DNA of 64,000 nucleotides from positions 18,228,001-18,292,000 of the forward strand of contig NC_083237.1 of NCBI RefSeq assembly GCF_032191835.1, written 5' to 3'. Shown here piece after piece: positions 46,460 to 58,620 of this stretch. The stretch is from Heteronotia binoei. Taxonomy: Eukaryota. The notes beneath the pieces were generated by a model. It saw only the letters and a list, made by a program, of their open reading frames with translations. It was not told the origin of the DNA and ran no database searches. Position 1 is the first letter of the stretch; every line of letters starts with the position of its first letter. The position numbers were made by a program, and so were the translations under genes.

Positions 46460-46875
46460 TTACATGAATGTATGGCTGTGAGAGTCGGACCATAAGGAAG
46501 GGCAAGTGCAGAATAATAGATGCTTTTAAGCTGTGGTGCTGGAGAAGAATCTTGAGAGTCCCTTGGACTGCAAGAAGCTCAAATCAATCAGTCCTAAGGG
46601 AAATCAACCCTGACTGTTCCCTGGAAGGTCAGATGCTGAAGCTGAAGCTCAAATACTTTGGCCACCAAATGAGAAGGGAGCACTCCCTGGAGAAGATTCT
46701 GATGCTGGGAAAGACAGAAGGCAAAAGAAGAAGGGGACGGTTGGATAGCGTTACTGATGTTACTAACACAAATTTGAGCAGACTTCGGAGGACCGTGGAA
46801 TACAGGAGGGCCTGGCATGACTTTGTCGATGGGGTCACAAAGAGTCAGACTCGACTTGAGACTGAAGAAGAAGAT
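46460..46875 (+). mobile_element. RTE-BovB 3' fragment (duplicate, longer)
   Basis: YGCESRTIRK..IDAFKLWCWRRILRVPWTAR. Confidence 0.9.
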
Positions 46876-46963
46876 GAATTACTGCAAAGTATGTTTCTTA
46901 GAATATTTGGGTGTATTTTCTTGTTTATTTCTATGTGACTTTATTTGTGCAAGCATTTGTATT

Positions 46964-46997
<34 letters not shown>

Positions 46998-47998
46998 GCT
47001 GGATAAAGCGAACGTGAAATGAGAGGTTAAAAGTACTGCCTCATTGCTGCCAAGACTGCCAAGCTGTTTATTGAGCACGAAGCGCTGCACAATTTGAAGT
47101 CTTTTGGAACTGAGGACATTTTAATGGGAATAATGGCCTTTTGGACCTTGAAGCTGCACATTAATTTGTTTATGAATTATTTACACCAAGGCCCCTGTGT
47201 ATGAAGTGTTCCATTCTGTAAGGGTATGTTTATGAAGTTATGAATTTATGAGAGTGTGTTATTATATTTGATATATTTGCAAGTCTCCTTTGAAGTTGTT
47301 TTACTTGATTGAGGCTTGTAATCACGGAAACTTTGGGTTTTTCTTCAGTCACTCTCGACCGTGATTCTCTATTTTGGTTGCACAGCCTCCAGGTGGGGCT
47401 TGGAGATGTCCCAGTTTCTCAACTGATCTCCATCTGGCAGAGATAAGCTCTCCTAGAGAAAATGTGAATGGTGGATTCTATGGCATTGCACCATGCTGAA
47501 GCCCCTCCCCTCCCCAAACCCTGCCTTGGATCCTGGATCCACCCCCAAAGTCTACATGTATTGTCCAATGCACACCTGGTAAACCAATGAGGAGAAGGGT
47601 GACAGGTTTAAAAGACAAATAGAAAAAAAAGAAAGCAACCAGTCTTCTAAGAGGTGCTGTTGAAGATATTTGGAGACTTCAGGCTGCACAGAGATACCTG
47701 CTGGAATAGGGAGACAGGCCCATTCTCAACCAGTTACATTTCCTGCCTTTTTGTTTCTGGATACAATTCAAGGTGCTGGTTTTAATACGTACAGCTCTTC
47801 ATGAGGAATGTTTGGTCTGGTTTTGCCCTCCTCCCTCTCACTTACAGCACTGCCTAAGAAGACAACTGCATATGGAGGACCATCTGGGAAAATGTCTTTA
47901 GTTGTACAGAAGAAGAATACCAACCCTTGGGGGGGAGGTGCTGCTCTGAGGCAACCTCTCCTTTTGCAAATGAGTTTGCGACTACGGTTTGCAACTAC

Positions 47999-48295
47999 TG
48001 CCCCGTGGCGCAAAGTGGTAAAGCTGCAGTACTGCGGTCTGAACTCTCTGCTCACAACCTGAGTTCGATTCCGGTGGAAGCTGAATTCAGGTAGCTGGCT
48101 CAAGGTTGACTCAGCCTTCCATCCTTCTGAGGTCGGTAACATGAGTACCCAGCTTGCTGGGGGGAAAGCGTAGATGACTGGGGAAGGCAATGGCAAACCA
48201 CCCCATAAAAAAAGCCTACCAAGAAAACGTCATGATGCAACGTCACTCCAGAGTCGCAAACGACTGGTGCTTGCACAGGGGACCTTTCCTTTTCC
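47999..48295 (+). mobile_element. Sauria SINE (paralog of 29694-29988)
   Basis: TSD ttgcaactac. Confidence 0.85.
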
Positions 48296-48719
48296 TTGCA
48301 ACTACAGTAGCAGTGTCCAATGCAGGAGAGATATCCTGCCACACTCCCCCCTCCCTTCCCTCAAACCTATCGCTCAACAAACATTACCAAAATATCAAGT
48401 TTTATGGGACAAAGAAGGATATGAGTACTGCAGGTCTCATCTCACTCCCTCAGCCAGCCAGGGTTGCCAGGTCTGCGTGGGAAAATACCTGTTGACTTTG
48501 GGGGTGGGGCCAGGAGAGGGTGGGGTTTGGGAAGGGGAGGGGCCTCAGCATGGTACGATGCCATAAAGTCCACCCTTCCAAGCAGCCATTTTTTCCAGGG
48601 GGGCCGATCTCACCCAGCCGGAGCCCTGTTGTGAAAGTGGGAGGTCTCCAGGCCCCACCTGGAGGCTTCACAATGTAAACGGGACCACGGAGAAGAGACT
48701 GAGCCACAACAAAAAGAAA

Positions 48720-49030
48720 AAACTCTCCGTGTAAAATGCAATTTTAACTTCTTGTGAGTAATAAGTGTCAAAATACAAAACGAATAATATCAGTACGTAT
48801 CACCAAGTTAAAACCTCATACGTTACTCAGTGCTCCTACTGCCCTTATGTGGCTGAAAGCCACTAAATAACATTCAGTCCAGTATTAAAAGTAGGTGGTC
48901 CAAAGGAGAACAGGTCCACTTTGCAAGCCGTTTCGGATCTCAAATCCTTCTTCCAGGGACCATTCTTATAAGTATTATTCAATTTCCCAGGTCCAGTAGT
49001 GCCAAAAACATTCCTAGCTTTCTCTAATTA
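48720..49030 (-). mobile_element. Penelope-like terminal fragment (second family)
   Basis: Reverse strand reads cctggaagaaggatttgagatccgaaacggc, a PLE-type hammerhead-like motif. Confidence 0.45.
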
Positions 49031-49192
49031 GCATGCATAATAACAGGAACACCATAGTAAGTACTATCCTTATCAGCAATGCAGGGGTTCAAAAATGCCT
49101 GATCCTCACACTTTCCCTCCATGTATTCCAAGGAAGAGAGGAACAGCAAAGGAGGCTGAGAGCAGCTGCAGTACTTGGTGGAGGAATTGCAG

Positions 49193-49677
49193 TAGGGTTG
49201 CCAATCCCCAAGTGGGGGCAGGGGATCCCCCAGTTTGGAGGGCCTCCCCCCACTTCAGGGTCATCAGAAAGCAGGGGGGGAGAGGGAAATGTCGGCTGGG
49301 CACTTCATTATTTCCTGTGGAGACCAATTCCCATAAGGTACAATGGAGAATTAATCCATGGGTATCTGGGGCTCTGGGGGGGGCTGTTTTTGAGGTAGAG
49401 ACACCAAATGTTCAGCATAGCATCTGATGCCTCTCCTCAACACACTGTCCACGTTTCGAAAAGTTTGAACCAGGGGGTCCAATACTATGAGCCCCGAGAG
49501 AAGGTGCCCCAATCCTTCACTATTTCCAATGGAGGGAAGGCTTTTAAAAGGTGTGCGGTCCCTTTCAATGTGAAGGCCAGAACTCCCTTTGGAGTTCAAT
49601 TATGCTTGTCACAACTTCGCTTCTGGCTCCACCCCCAAAGTCCCCATATATTTTTTCAATTGGACCTGGCAACCCTA
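49193..49677. mobile_element. hAT (Tip100-like) MITE
   Basis: TIRs intact; TSD aattgcag/gattgtag. Confidence 0.82.
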
Positions 49678-50442
49678 GATTGTAGAGCTGTCGAAAAGGA
49701 GCCAGTGTTTCGGCTATGCGCTTATGCACATGTGTGAAGGACTAACCAAAAATAAAAAGATGTCACCTACCCACCCACCCACCCACTCACTCTGTGCTTA
49801 CTGCGCAGCAATAATCTGAACAATCCATTGCAGAGTGAGTGTGCAATGAGGTGGGTTGAGGGTGACGTGTCTGGACAAACCTCTCTGGAACCAATAACGC
49901 TGGCTAAAATAGGGGCACAGGCAGACTGCACCTAGCCTGCCATCTGACTACAGCCTCAGACTTGTTGGTTCTGTATTCAAGTCTCTCAGGAGCCCCAGCA
50001 CCTTGACTTCCACATATTCGGGCAACAAAAGCATCTACAGGTTTGCCTTCAATTCACCAGTGCTGCAGTGTACCAATGGTGCAATGCTATATCTGTTGGC
50101 AGGGCTTGAATTCAGCGGGAGCTCACAGGAGCGCAGCTCCTGAACCTTTCTGAGGGTTCCTCCTCCTCCTCCCCACCTACCTACCTTGTCCATTGAATAG
50201 CAAGTGCAACTGCATAACAATCCCTGGAGGAGCTCCACCACCTATTTTTCTACAAAATGACCCCTGCCTCTTCAAATTTCAACACACATATCCTAAATTT
50301 GTTCTGTATGAATTTGGAAATGTGAGTGGAGGATGATAGGGTGATAGCTTTAAAAAAGACAGTGCATTTCAACATTGTGGCTCAGGTAGTTGTCACATTT
50401 CCCCATCTGACAGAGTTCCTGTTTGGTGAACTTTCCAATCAG

Positions 50443-50732
50443 GGGCCCAAAGAAGGAGGAGGAGGAGGAGATCGGATTTATACCCTGCCCTTTGCTACCC
50501 AAAGTAGTCTCAGAGTGGCTTACAATCTCCTTTCCCTTTCCCTCCCCGCAACAGACACCCTGTGAAGTAGGTGGAGCTGAGAGAGCTCTGACAGAAACTG
50601 CTCTTGAGAGGAACAGCTCTATGAGAACTTGTGGCTGACCCAAGACTATTCTAGCAGGTGCAAATGGAGAAGTGGGAAATCAAACCCAGTTCTCCCAGAT
50701 AAGAGTTCGGGCACTTAACCACTACACCAAGA
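50443..50732 (-). mobile_element. Squam3-like SINE
   Basis: Same consensus, reversed. Confidence 0.8.
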
Positions 50733-51001
50733 GGGAGCCATAAGTAGTGGTCCCTGCCCAATATACTAATATACTGGTGTGGATGGACCTGGATTAAAGC
50801 AAAAAGCCTTTGCAGTATAGTTGCCAATTTCTACTTGGGAAATTCCTGGAGATTTGAAGGTGATGCCTGTGGAAGAGAGACTAGGGAGGGGAGGGAGCTC
50901 AGAGCAGATATGATGCCATAGAGGAGGGTGCCCATGTGCCTCATGGTGTCCACCAACACCTTTCCTGGAGCCAACCAAGTGGTTTTAGAGAGTGGAACCA
51001 G

Positions 51002-53902
51002 GTGCGGCTATGTATGTGAATACGGGGGAGGTGCTTCTACTTTGCACTAGGAAGATTACTAGCATCGCCTGCATCCTTGGGAGTCCGCAGGTGGGGAAGC
51101 TTTGAGAAAGAATCTTTATTCGTACAGGGAAGAAAAGAAAGTAGAAGGGAGGGGGGGAGTATGCACTCTAAATTGAATATAGGAAATATCATGCTTGACA
51201 TACTGCCCCCCCTAAGATTTCGCCCGGGGTTTGGAGGGGTGCAATTGGTAGAATTTCCATACTAGGTCTTTGGCTTGGACATTTGAGCTCTCCACCCACT
51301 CATCATGACTCGGTGGAAAATGCTTCCATCTAATCAAAAAGTATAACACCCCTCATTTCAATTTAGCATCTAAGATTTCTTTCACTTTGTGATGACTCTG
51401 ACCCCCAATCTGGATAGGATGTGAGGCTTGTGGTCGAGGGTACCAGGACGTACCTCCAGGGTCCCTGCGGAGAAGACTGCAATGAAAAACAGGATGTATT
51501 TTACTAAACAATTTTGGTAATTCCAATTCTACAGTCACTTTGTTGATTATCCTCTTTATCTTGAAAGGACTGAGAAACTTATAGGCCAACTTTTTAGATG
51601 GCTGCTATAATGGAAGGTTCTTGGTGGACACAAAAACTGTATCTCCCACTTTGAAGTCCCACACCAGAACATGGTTCTCATCATAATGTCTTTTGTAACT
51701 GTCTTTAGCTGCTTCTAGATTCTCCTGAATTATTTTCCACGTTTTCCCCAACCCCTCCTCCCACCAATGTTTGAAAGAAGACAGTAATTCTGGGGTGGTT
51801 CCCCCTGGCAGCAATGGAAATGGTTTCCCTTCATACCCATTCACTACTAAGAAAGGGGAAGTTTTTGTGGAACTGTTCACACTGTTATTGTATCCATATT
51901 CCGCAAACGGTAACAGTTCTACTCAATTGGACTGTTGGTAGTTAATGAAGCACCATAAATACTGTTCTAGGAGCGCATTCATTCTTTCCGTCTGACCGTC
52001 AATCTGCGGGTGATATGCTGAACTTAGTCCTTGTTCTATCCCAGTCACTTTGCAAAATTCCTGCCAGAAGTTGGCAATGAACTGAGGTCCTCTGTCACTA
52101 ATGACCTTATCTGGGAATGAGTGTAATTTAACCACATGTTGGAAAAACATGGGCTAATTTCTTGGCTGTGGGCAGCTGAGCGCATGGAATGAAGTGCGCT
52201 TGCTTTGAGAATGTATCAACCACGACTAAAATGACCGTTTTCCCTTAAGACATTGGTAGCTGTATGATAAAATCCATTGATACTACTGCCCATGGCGTGG
52301 TGGCTGTTTCCAATGGCTGTAGCAATCCTGGAGGTTTTCCTCCCCTCTTTTTTGCCATTATGCACACTGGGCAAGAAGCTACATAGTTTGAAATGTCTTT
52401 TTTCATAGACGGCCACCAAAATTGTCAGTTCACTAAATGTAAAGTCTTTTCATATCCAAAATGTCCAGACAATTTACTGCTATGGCAAAATTGCAATACT
52501 TCTTTTCGTAGACTTTCAGGGACATAAAGTTTTCCCTCTCGATACCAGAACCCTCCTTCCCCTTTGGTAACTCCACCGGGTTTCTGGTCGCCTTCCTTTT
52601 CCACTTCTGCAATCAGTCTCTCTCCCCCCCATTTTTGCTCTAGGCTTTCGCACTTTGCTTTGGAGCGGGTAGTTACGGCCTCCCCAGGTGGCTTGGTGAG
52701 ATAATAGAGTCAACAATTTCTTCCCGTTGACTGTTATGTTGGGGAAGTCGAGACAAGGCATCAGCTAAAAAGTTCTTTGAACCTAGGATGTGCTTCAGGG
52801 TGAAATTGAACTTGGCAAAGAAACTCGCCCAGCGAATTTGCTTTTCTGTCAATTTCCTGCGTCCCGTGAGCACCTCTAAGTTCTTATGGTCTGTCCAGAT
52901 TTCAAACGGCACCCGTGCCCCTTCTAGCCATGACCTCCATGTTTTTAAGGCAAAAATTACTGCAAACGCCTCTTTATCCCAAAAGGACCAATTCTGTTGT
53001 TCTTGGGAAAATTTTTTAGAAATGTACGCACACAGTTTTAGCCCACCCTCTTCATCAGGTTGCATCAGAATCAGTCCCACCGCGACATTGGAAACGTCAC
53101 ATTGAATCACAAAGGGTTTTAACTCATTAGGATGAACGAAGATGGGCTCACTGGTAAACAATCTTTTTTGTTTATTAAAGGCTTCTTGACACTTGGCTGT
53201 CCAGGCCAATTTAGCCATTAACTTTTTAGCCTCGGCCCCTTTCCCCTTGGTATTTCAGAGGTCAGTCAGAGGTAACATGGTTTGTGCAAATCCTTGTATG
53301 AAGTTACGATAAAAATTTGCGAAACCAAGGAATGATTGGAGCTGTCTACGTGTCCTCAGAGGTTCCCAATCCAACACCGCTTGTATCTTGGCGAGATCCA
53401 TGGCTAGTCCCTGTCTGGATACTCGATATCCTAGGTAGTTGAGTTCTGTCTTGTGGAACTTCGATTTCGACAATTTGGCATACAGCTGGTGTCTGTATAA
53501 GGTCTTTAATACTTCTCGAACTAGCTTCAAGTGGGATTGTAAATCCTTAGAATAAACAATTATATCATCCAAGTACACCACAACCCCTTTATACAAGTAT
53601 TCCCACAGCACTCCCACATTTATAAAGTTCATAAACACTCCGGGTGCCCCTTGTAATCCAAACTGCATGACTAAGTATTCAAATTGTCCCATGGGAGTAT
53701 TGAAGGAGGTCTTCCACTCATTTTCCTCTTTTATGCGCACGCAAAAGTATGCATCTCATAAATCTAATTTGGTGAAAATATTCCCCTCTGACACCGTGTT
53801 CAGTAAATCTTTGATCAGGGGTATGGGGTAAGCGTTGAAGATGGAGACTGCATTAATCCGCCGAAAATCCATGCAAAGTCAAAGCCTGCCGCCCTTCTTC
53901 CC
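51002..53902 (-). mobile_element. Ty3/Gypsy chromovirus remnant: RT-RNaseH-integrase-chromodomain, PPT and 3' LTR; gag and protease missing
   Basis: RT VVYLDDI, RNaseH DHKNL/ADALSR, IN SDRGPQF/AYHPQIDGQTER, chromodomain EILD..LIRWK. G-rich PPT followed by TGTCAAGC at 51200. Left LTR boundary approximate. Confidence 0.9.
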
Positions 53903-54290
53903 CCAGTTCTCCTCTTGGTTCTGGCAAGCCCTCCATTCCAGCCTGGGTACTCGAGTGCACCTGTCCTCAGCCTACCACCCACAGACAGATGGTCAGACAG
54001 AGCGCACCAATACCACACTAGAGCAATATCTCTGCTGTTACACCTGTTACCAGCAGGATGACTGGACCACTCTGTTGCCCCTAGCGGAGTTTGCATACAA
54101 CAACGCAGTCCATTCATCCACCCAAATGACCCCGTTTGCTGCAACCTACGGGTACCACCCTCGGTTCTTCCCGGTGATCCTGCCACCCACAAATGTCCCC
54201 GCCATTGATGCCTACCTGCAAGAACTCCGCGCCAGAAAGACTTGCTCCGAGAGCAGCTACAGCGGGCCAAGGAGGCATATAAACTGGTTG
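53901..54290 (+). mobile_element. Integrase fragment of a second Gypsy element, inverted
   Basis: PQFSSWFWQAL..SSAYHPQTDGQTER..LPLAEFAYNNAVHSST; clearly differs from the integrase at 51.9-52.2 kb. Confidence 0.85.
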
Positions 54291-54664
54291 TTGGATGTGC
54301 AGGGGTGATCCTCTCCCCACAACCCTGCGGGCATCTAGGATGTGCCATGGAGGAGTCCTGGCCCCGGTTTCTTCCTCTCTGCATTCTCCACTCCTTCTCT
54401 CGGGGGATGTAGGGAGTCTGCCGTTGTCTGGTGTTCTTTCCACCATACGGTTAGAAAGTTGCCAATTTGGTTAGAGTCCCAAAGTGGATTACTTCCAAAA
54501 TGTCAAGCATCGGTATTTCGAATAAACGAGCTATTGTTTAAATCAAAGAATCATTTTATTGATAATCCCATACTTGACCAAGGTAAGATACCTTGGAAGT
54601 AATACAGAATGAAACATAGCACGGCATCTTAAAGGCTACATCAAAGGCAGTTCAGATAGTTTCA

Positions 54665-55360
54665 AAACATTACAACAGGAGGAACAGGAGAAGAAGATAT
54701 CCATTCTGTGTGTAATGGTATCCCTTCCTACACAAATTAACTGTGTCTTTTTTTCCTAAACTCAAAAGTTCCAATTGCTGTAGCCCTTCCTCACAACCTA
54801 ATCAACTCTATTGATTGATCTGGTTGCTTAAATTAGTCCAAAGAAAAACCTCAGGGGAATGATTGTGTGAAGAAATTTTTCCTCATGGCAAAAATAAGCA
54901 GCCTATTTCTGAATTGAAAATATACTGATATTGTTCTAGAGGGACACAATCTCAAGGGCCCCCAAAGATTTATTAGAAGCGTTCAAATGTCAATGCTTAT
55001 TCATGCCTCCTCTTTCTTTCTAGCAAGCCTGTCGCATGGAGCACCAACATCACGACTGGGCTTCTTGGTAAAAAAGTACAGGATGTTGCAATAGACACAC
55101 ACACACCAGTTCTGACAGAAGATTTTTCTCCTAGATGGAGCAGCACTTTCAAGCTCTTGAGGTACAGTAATGGCAATAACTATAGACAACAAAGGCAATT
55201 GAAGTGGGACCTTGAATGGATCTAAAAACCGCTTGTGCTTCTTGAAGGAAATTACAAAGATTTATGATAAAATTATGGCTAGAAAAGAGAGATTCTGACT
55301 AATGAAACTGAGGAATCATGAGGTATTCCAGGGTTCTCAGCTGCATCCAATTTAATTTTA
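54665..55360 (+). promoter_or_regulatory. Candidate OR promoter / 5' non-coding exon block upstream of 55907
   Basis: Conserved in a paralogous block at 62335-62995; O/E-like CCTCAGGGG (54849) and TCTCAAGGG (54950); TAAT cores. Confidence 0.45.
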
Positions 55361-55906
55361 AGGCATTATGAGCACCATAACGAACAACAACCTTGGATTG
55401 CTGTTGGCTAAAGATTTTGTAATTTGACTGATTATTTCATTGTATAGTATTAAGTCTTATATCTCAATGTTCTTTTATTGGTTGTTAGCCAACCTGAGCC
55501 TGTTAAGGGCAGGATATAAATCTAATAAAAGAAATAAAGAAATAAAAGTGCTTCTCTCCATTTGATCCTTTCTAAAATATGCAACCTTCAATGGAGGATT
55601 CTCAGGCTTGCCAGAACTTATTTTGTCAATTCTTGGGCAGATTACACAAAAAATAAATAACCATTGACTGACTTCTGAGGTTTGAAGCTAAGATCTTGTC
55701 ACCATCTCCTAGCAGAAGCATCACTCCTACCTTATGCAGAAGATCACTCAGAGTTCTTGTTTTGCTATTACCAGGGTGGTGGAGGTGGATCCCCTCTCTC
55801 CCTAACTGGATGCCATGTCTCTTTATAATTTCTCTTTCTATGGAAACAAATCACGAGATAACAACAGGATATCATATGCAATGATGATTCTATTCTCTAA
55901 TTCCAG

Positions 55907-56896
55907 ATGGAGTTCACCAACGGGACAGTCCAGGAATTCATTTTGCTGGGCTTTGAAGTTGGACAGTTTCAACGACTCCTGCTCCTCACCTTTTTCACTT
56001 TTCTTTACATGCTCACCGTAGCTGAGAACATCACCATCATCATGTTGGTGCATCTTGACACCCACTTGTCCCGGCTTCCCATGTACATCCTCCTGAGCAA
56101 CTTCTCCTGGCTGGAGATCTGCTATGTGAGCACCACTGTGCCTCGCATGCTCTTAGACCTGGCATTGTCCAACAAGATGGTCTCCTTCAGTTCCTGCTTC
56201 CTCCAGTTCTACATCTTCTGCTCTCTTGGCAGTACCGAATGCTTCTTCCTTTCTTCTATGGCCTTGGATCGGTACTTGGCCATCTGCCACCCACTGCGAT
56301 ATCCACAGCTCATGCCCCCAAATTTTTGCTACATCTTAGTAACTGTTTGTTGGGTCCTTGGCTTCCTGGCATGTTTTGTCCCAGTCACACTGATCTCCCA
56401 GATGTCTTACTGTGGTCCTAACATCATTGATCATTTTTTGTGTGATCCGGGCCCAATTCTGGCTTTGGCTTGCCCCCCATTTCCAAAAGCTCCCCTCATT
56501 AGTCAGGTTGTCGTAAGTGTTGTAGTGATCTTAGGCAACATTTTGTTTTCTGTGCTGCCCTATGGTTCTGTGATTGTCACCTTGATTAAAAACTCTAGCA
56601 AAGGCAATCGGGCAAAGTCCTTCTCCACCATATCATTCCACTTGTTGGTGTTCACACTTTTCTATGGCCCATTAGCAGGGATGCATGTACAGCCAGAGGG
56701 AAAAACTGATTCAAATATCACTAAGACTGTAACACTCTTCTATACTGCCTTAACACCCTTTATCAACCCCATGATTTACTGTCTGAGGAATGATCAGGTG
56801 AAAGAGGCACTGTTCCGATTATGGAGGAGAAAGGCGGTCTTTTTGAAAAGTAAAATTGACAGTGTAAAAAAGAGGAAAGAGTCAGGAAATATATAA
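55907..56896 (+). CDS. Olfactory receptor, OR11-family-like, intact (329 aa)
   Basis: PMYILLSNFSWLEICY, MALDRYLAICHPLRY, HFLCDPGP and PFINPMIYCLRNDQVKEAL motifs; ATG preceded by ctctaattccag. Confidence 0.95.
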   Translation: MEFTNGTVQEFILLGFEVGQFQRLLLLTFFTFLYMLTVAENITIIMLVHLDTHLSRLPMYILLSNFSWLEICYVSTTVPRMLLDLALSNKMVSFSSCFLQFYIFCSLGSTECFFLSSMALDRYLAICHPLRYPQLMPPNFCYILVTVCWVLGFLACFVPVTLISQMSYCGPNIIDHFLCDPGPILALACPPFPKAPLISQVVVSVVVILGNILFSVLPYGSVIVTLIKNSSKGNRAKSFSTISFHLLVFTLFYGPLAGMHVQPEGKTDSNITKTVTLFYTALTPFINPMIYCLRNDQVKEALFRLWRRKAVFLKSKIDSVKKRKESGNI

Positions 56897-56959
56897 CAAA
56901 ACATTCAAGATTAGTGCATGAGGAAAAGCTGATCTGAACAACAGAGGGACTTAAACAGC

Positions 56960-57540
56960 ACTATTATCCGTGTTCATCGCATGTGCTCTCCTGCCTCCTT
57001 TGGTTTTACATACTCCAAATCCTATTGTCCCTATATAGATTTTCTGACCATCCCAGCCTACAGAAGAGCCTTCTTTTTAGCCAGGTTTAATGTGCTCCCT
57101 ACTGCTTTTCTTAGTGGGCGCTACATGAGAAAGCCCTATTCGGAGAGATTATGTGGTTGTGGATTCGGCTCTGTTGCAACTGTAGAACATGTGGGGTTTT
57201 TTGCTTGCCAAAGGTATAACTACTTAAGAAAACAGTTTATCAACCCACTGATTTCCAATATTGATCTGCCTGTGGCAAATAAGCTCCAACCTTTGCTTGG
57301 TGACTTTGATCTAACCATCCAAGTTTCAGTTGTAAAATTTCTTCTGAGTGTTTAGATTTAAGAGTCAAGAGGAGGATTTTAAGAAAATGGGAAATGATGT
57401 TTTACGTTGTGCACTTTGCTGATTCTAAACATTTATTTTGTAAAATCTGTAAAATCTATATTATTGATAAATTTTCTATTTCATTGCCATTTACTTATGA
57501 CCAAATGGTCTGTGAGCAATTAATATTTATATGATATGAA
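56960..57540 (+). mobile_element. Non-LTR retrotransposon ORF2 C-terminus with CCHC-type zinc knuckle (clade uncertain)
   Basis: RRAFFLARFN...ERLCGCG..VATVEHV...C..YNYLR. Confidence 0.6.
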
Positions 57541-57945
57541 AAGAAAAAAGAGGTACTGTTCTCTGCTCAATGTTTCCAACCCCTTTGTGCACTGGAAGAT
57601 AACAACACACATTTCCACTAGAATTCTAGGTAGGTGCTTTTGAAGCATATATTCTGTAATAAATACAGTAAAATGAATTCTCCATTATTTTGTCAGGCTC
57701 TCCCAACTGTATAATTCTTACGCATTCCAGCAAGTGCAATAAAAATAATCTTATGCAAAAACCACTACTGTTTCTCTATATGATCTAACTGTAGGTAATG
57801 CTGATTTATATTTGTAGATATGTTATAGAGATGGTTTTAGTGTCGTTGACTCAATACAGAATGGTTATATTTTGAAAATCAAATATCTGAAATGTGAACT
57901 CTCCCATTCTCCCAAAAAATTCTCCCCAAAATCAAATAAGTACTT

Positions 57946-58215
57946 GAGAGCCAGTTTGGTGTAGTGGTTAAGTGGCAGACTCTTATCTGGGAGAACTGGG
58001 TTTCATTCCCCACTCCTCCACTTGCAGCTACTGGAATGGCCTTGGGTTAACCAAAGCTCTCGCAGAGCTCTCCTTGAAAAAGGGCAGCTGCAGCAATAGA
58101 TCTCTCAGCCCCACCCACCTCACAGGTGTGGGGGCGAAGGTAAAGGAGATTGTGACTGCTCTGAGATTCAGAGTACAGGGTGGAATATAAATCCAATATC
58201 ATCATCTTCTTCTTT
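57946..58215 (+). mobile_element. Squam3-like SINE
   Basis: Same consensus. Confidence 0.8.
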
Positions 58216-58364
58216 TATTTTTCTGAGTTTGAAATGTGAACTATCCCATTCTCCCAAAAATGTCACTGAGAACATGAGAGCATTTGTTTATCTCTTCCCT
58301 TCCTTAACACCTGGTGAGGGTTGGTTTAGTTTAACCTTTTAGCTTAAGGGACAGGTGAACAACT

Positions 58365-58620
58365 GCTTGTCTCATTAGTCCAATTTTCAAGGATGTTTTG
58401 GTGCTCCTTGGTAATATCATGTTTGTTGTGCTGTCTTAGGCCCTGTGATTGTCACCCTGATTGAAAAAGGTCATTGGGTAAGGTAATCAGCAAAGGTAAT
58501 CAGTTAAAATCCTCCTCCATCATATCATTTCACTTAACGGTGGTATCTCAGGTGAAGGAAGCACTAGGCAAGTTGTGGAGAAGAAAGACAATAGTTTTGA
58601 ACAGAAAGGTGACCATGCAA
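58365..58620 (+). pseudogene. Decayed OR remnant (TM5 to C-terminus, with internal deletion)
   Basis: Resembles 56497-56840 (cttggtaatatcatgtttgttgtgctgtc; catatcatttcactt; caggtgaaggaagcactaggcaagttgtggagaag) with stops and frameshifts. 58775-58830 resembles the sequence around the stop of 55907-56896. Confidence 0.75.

Larger units (their letters stand above)
30386..48692 (+). repeat. Tandem segmental duplication, copy 2 (expanded by L2 and L1)
   Basis: Ends with the same gtaaacgggaccacggag as copy 1, after which the sequence is unique. Confidence 0.92.

Noticed and set aside
54501-54530. tgtcaagcat match to the Gypsy LTR start as an inverted second LTR
   Set aside because: Similarity fades after ~18 nt; no PPT/PBS or TSD support.
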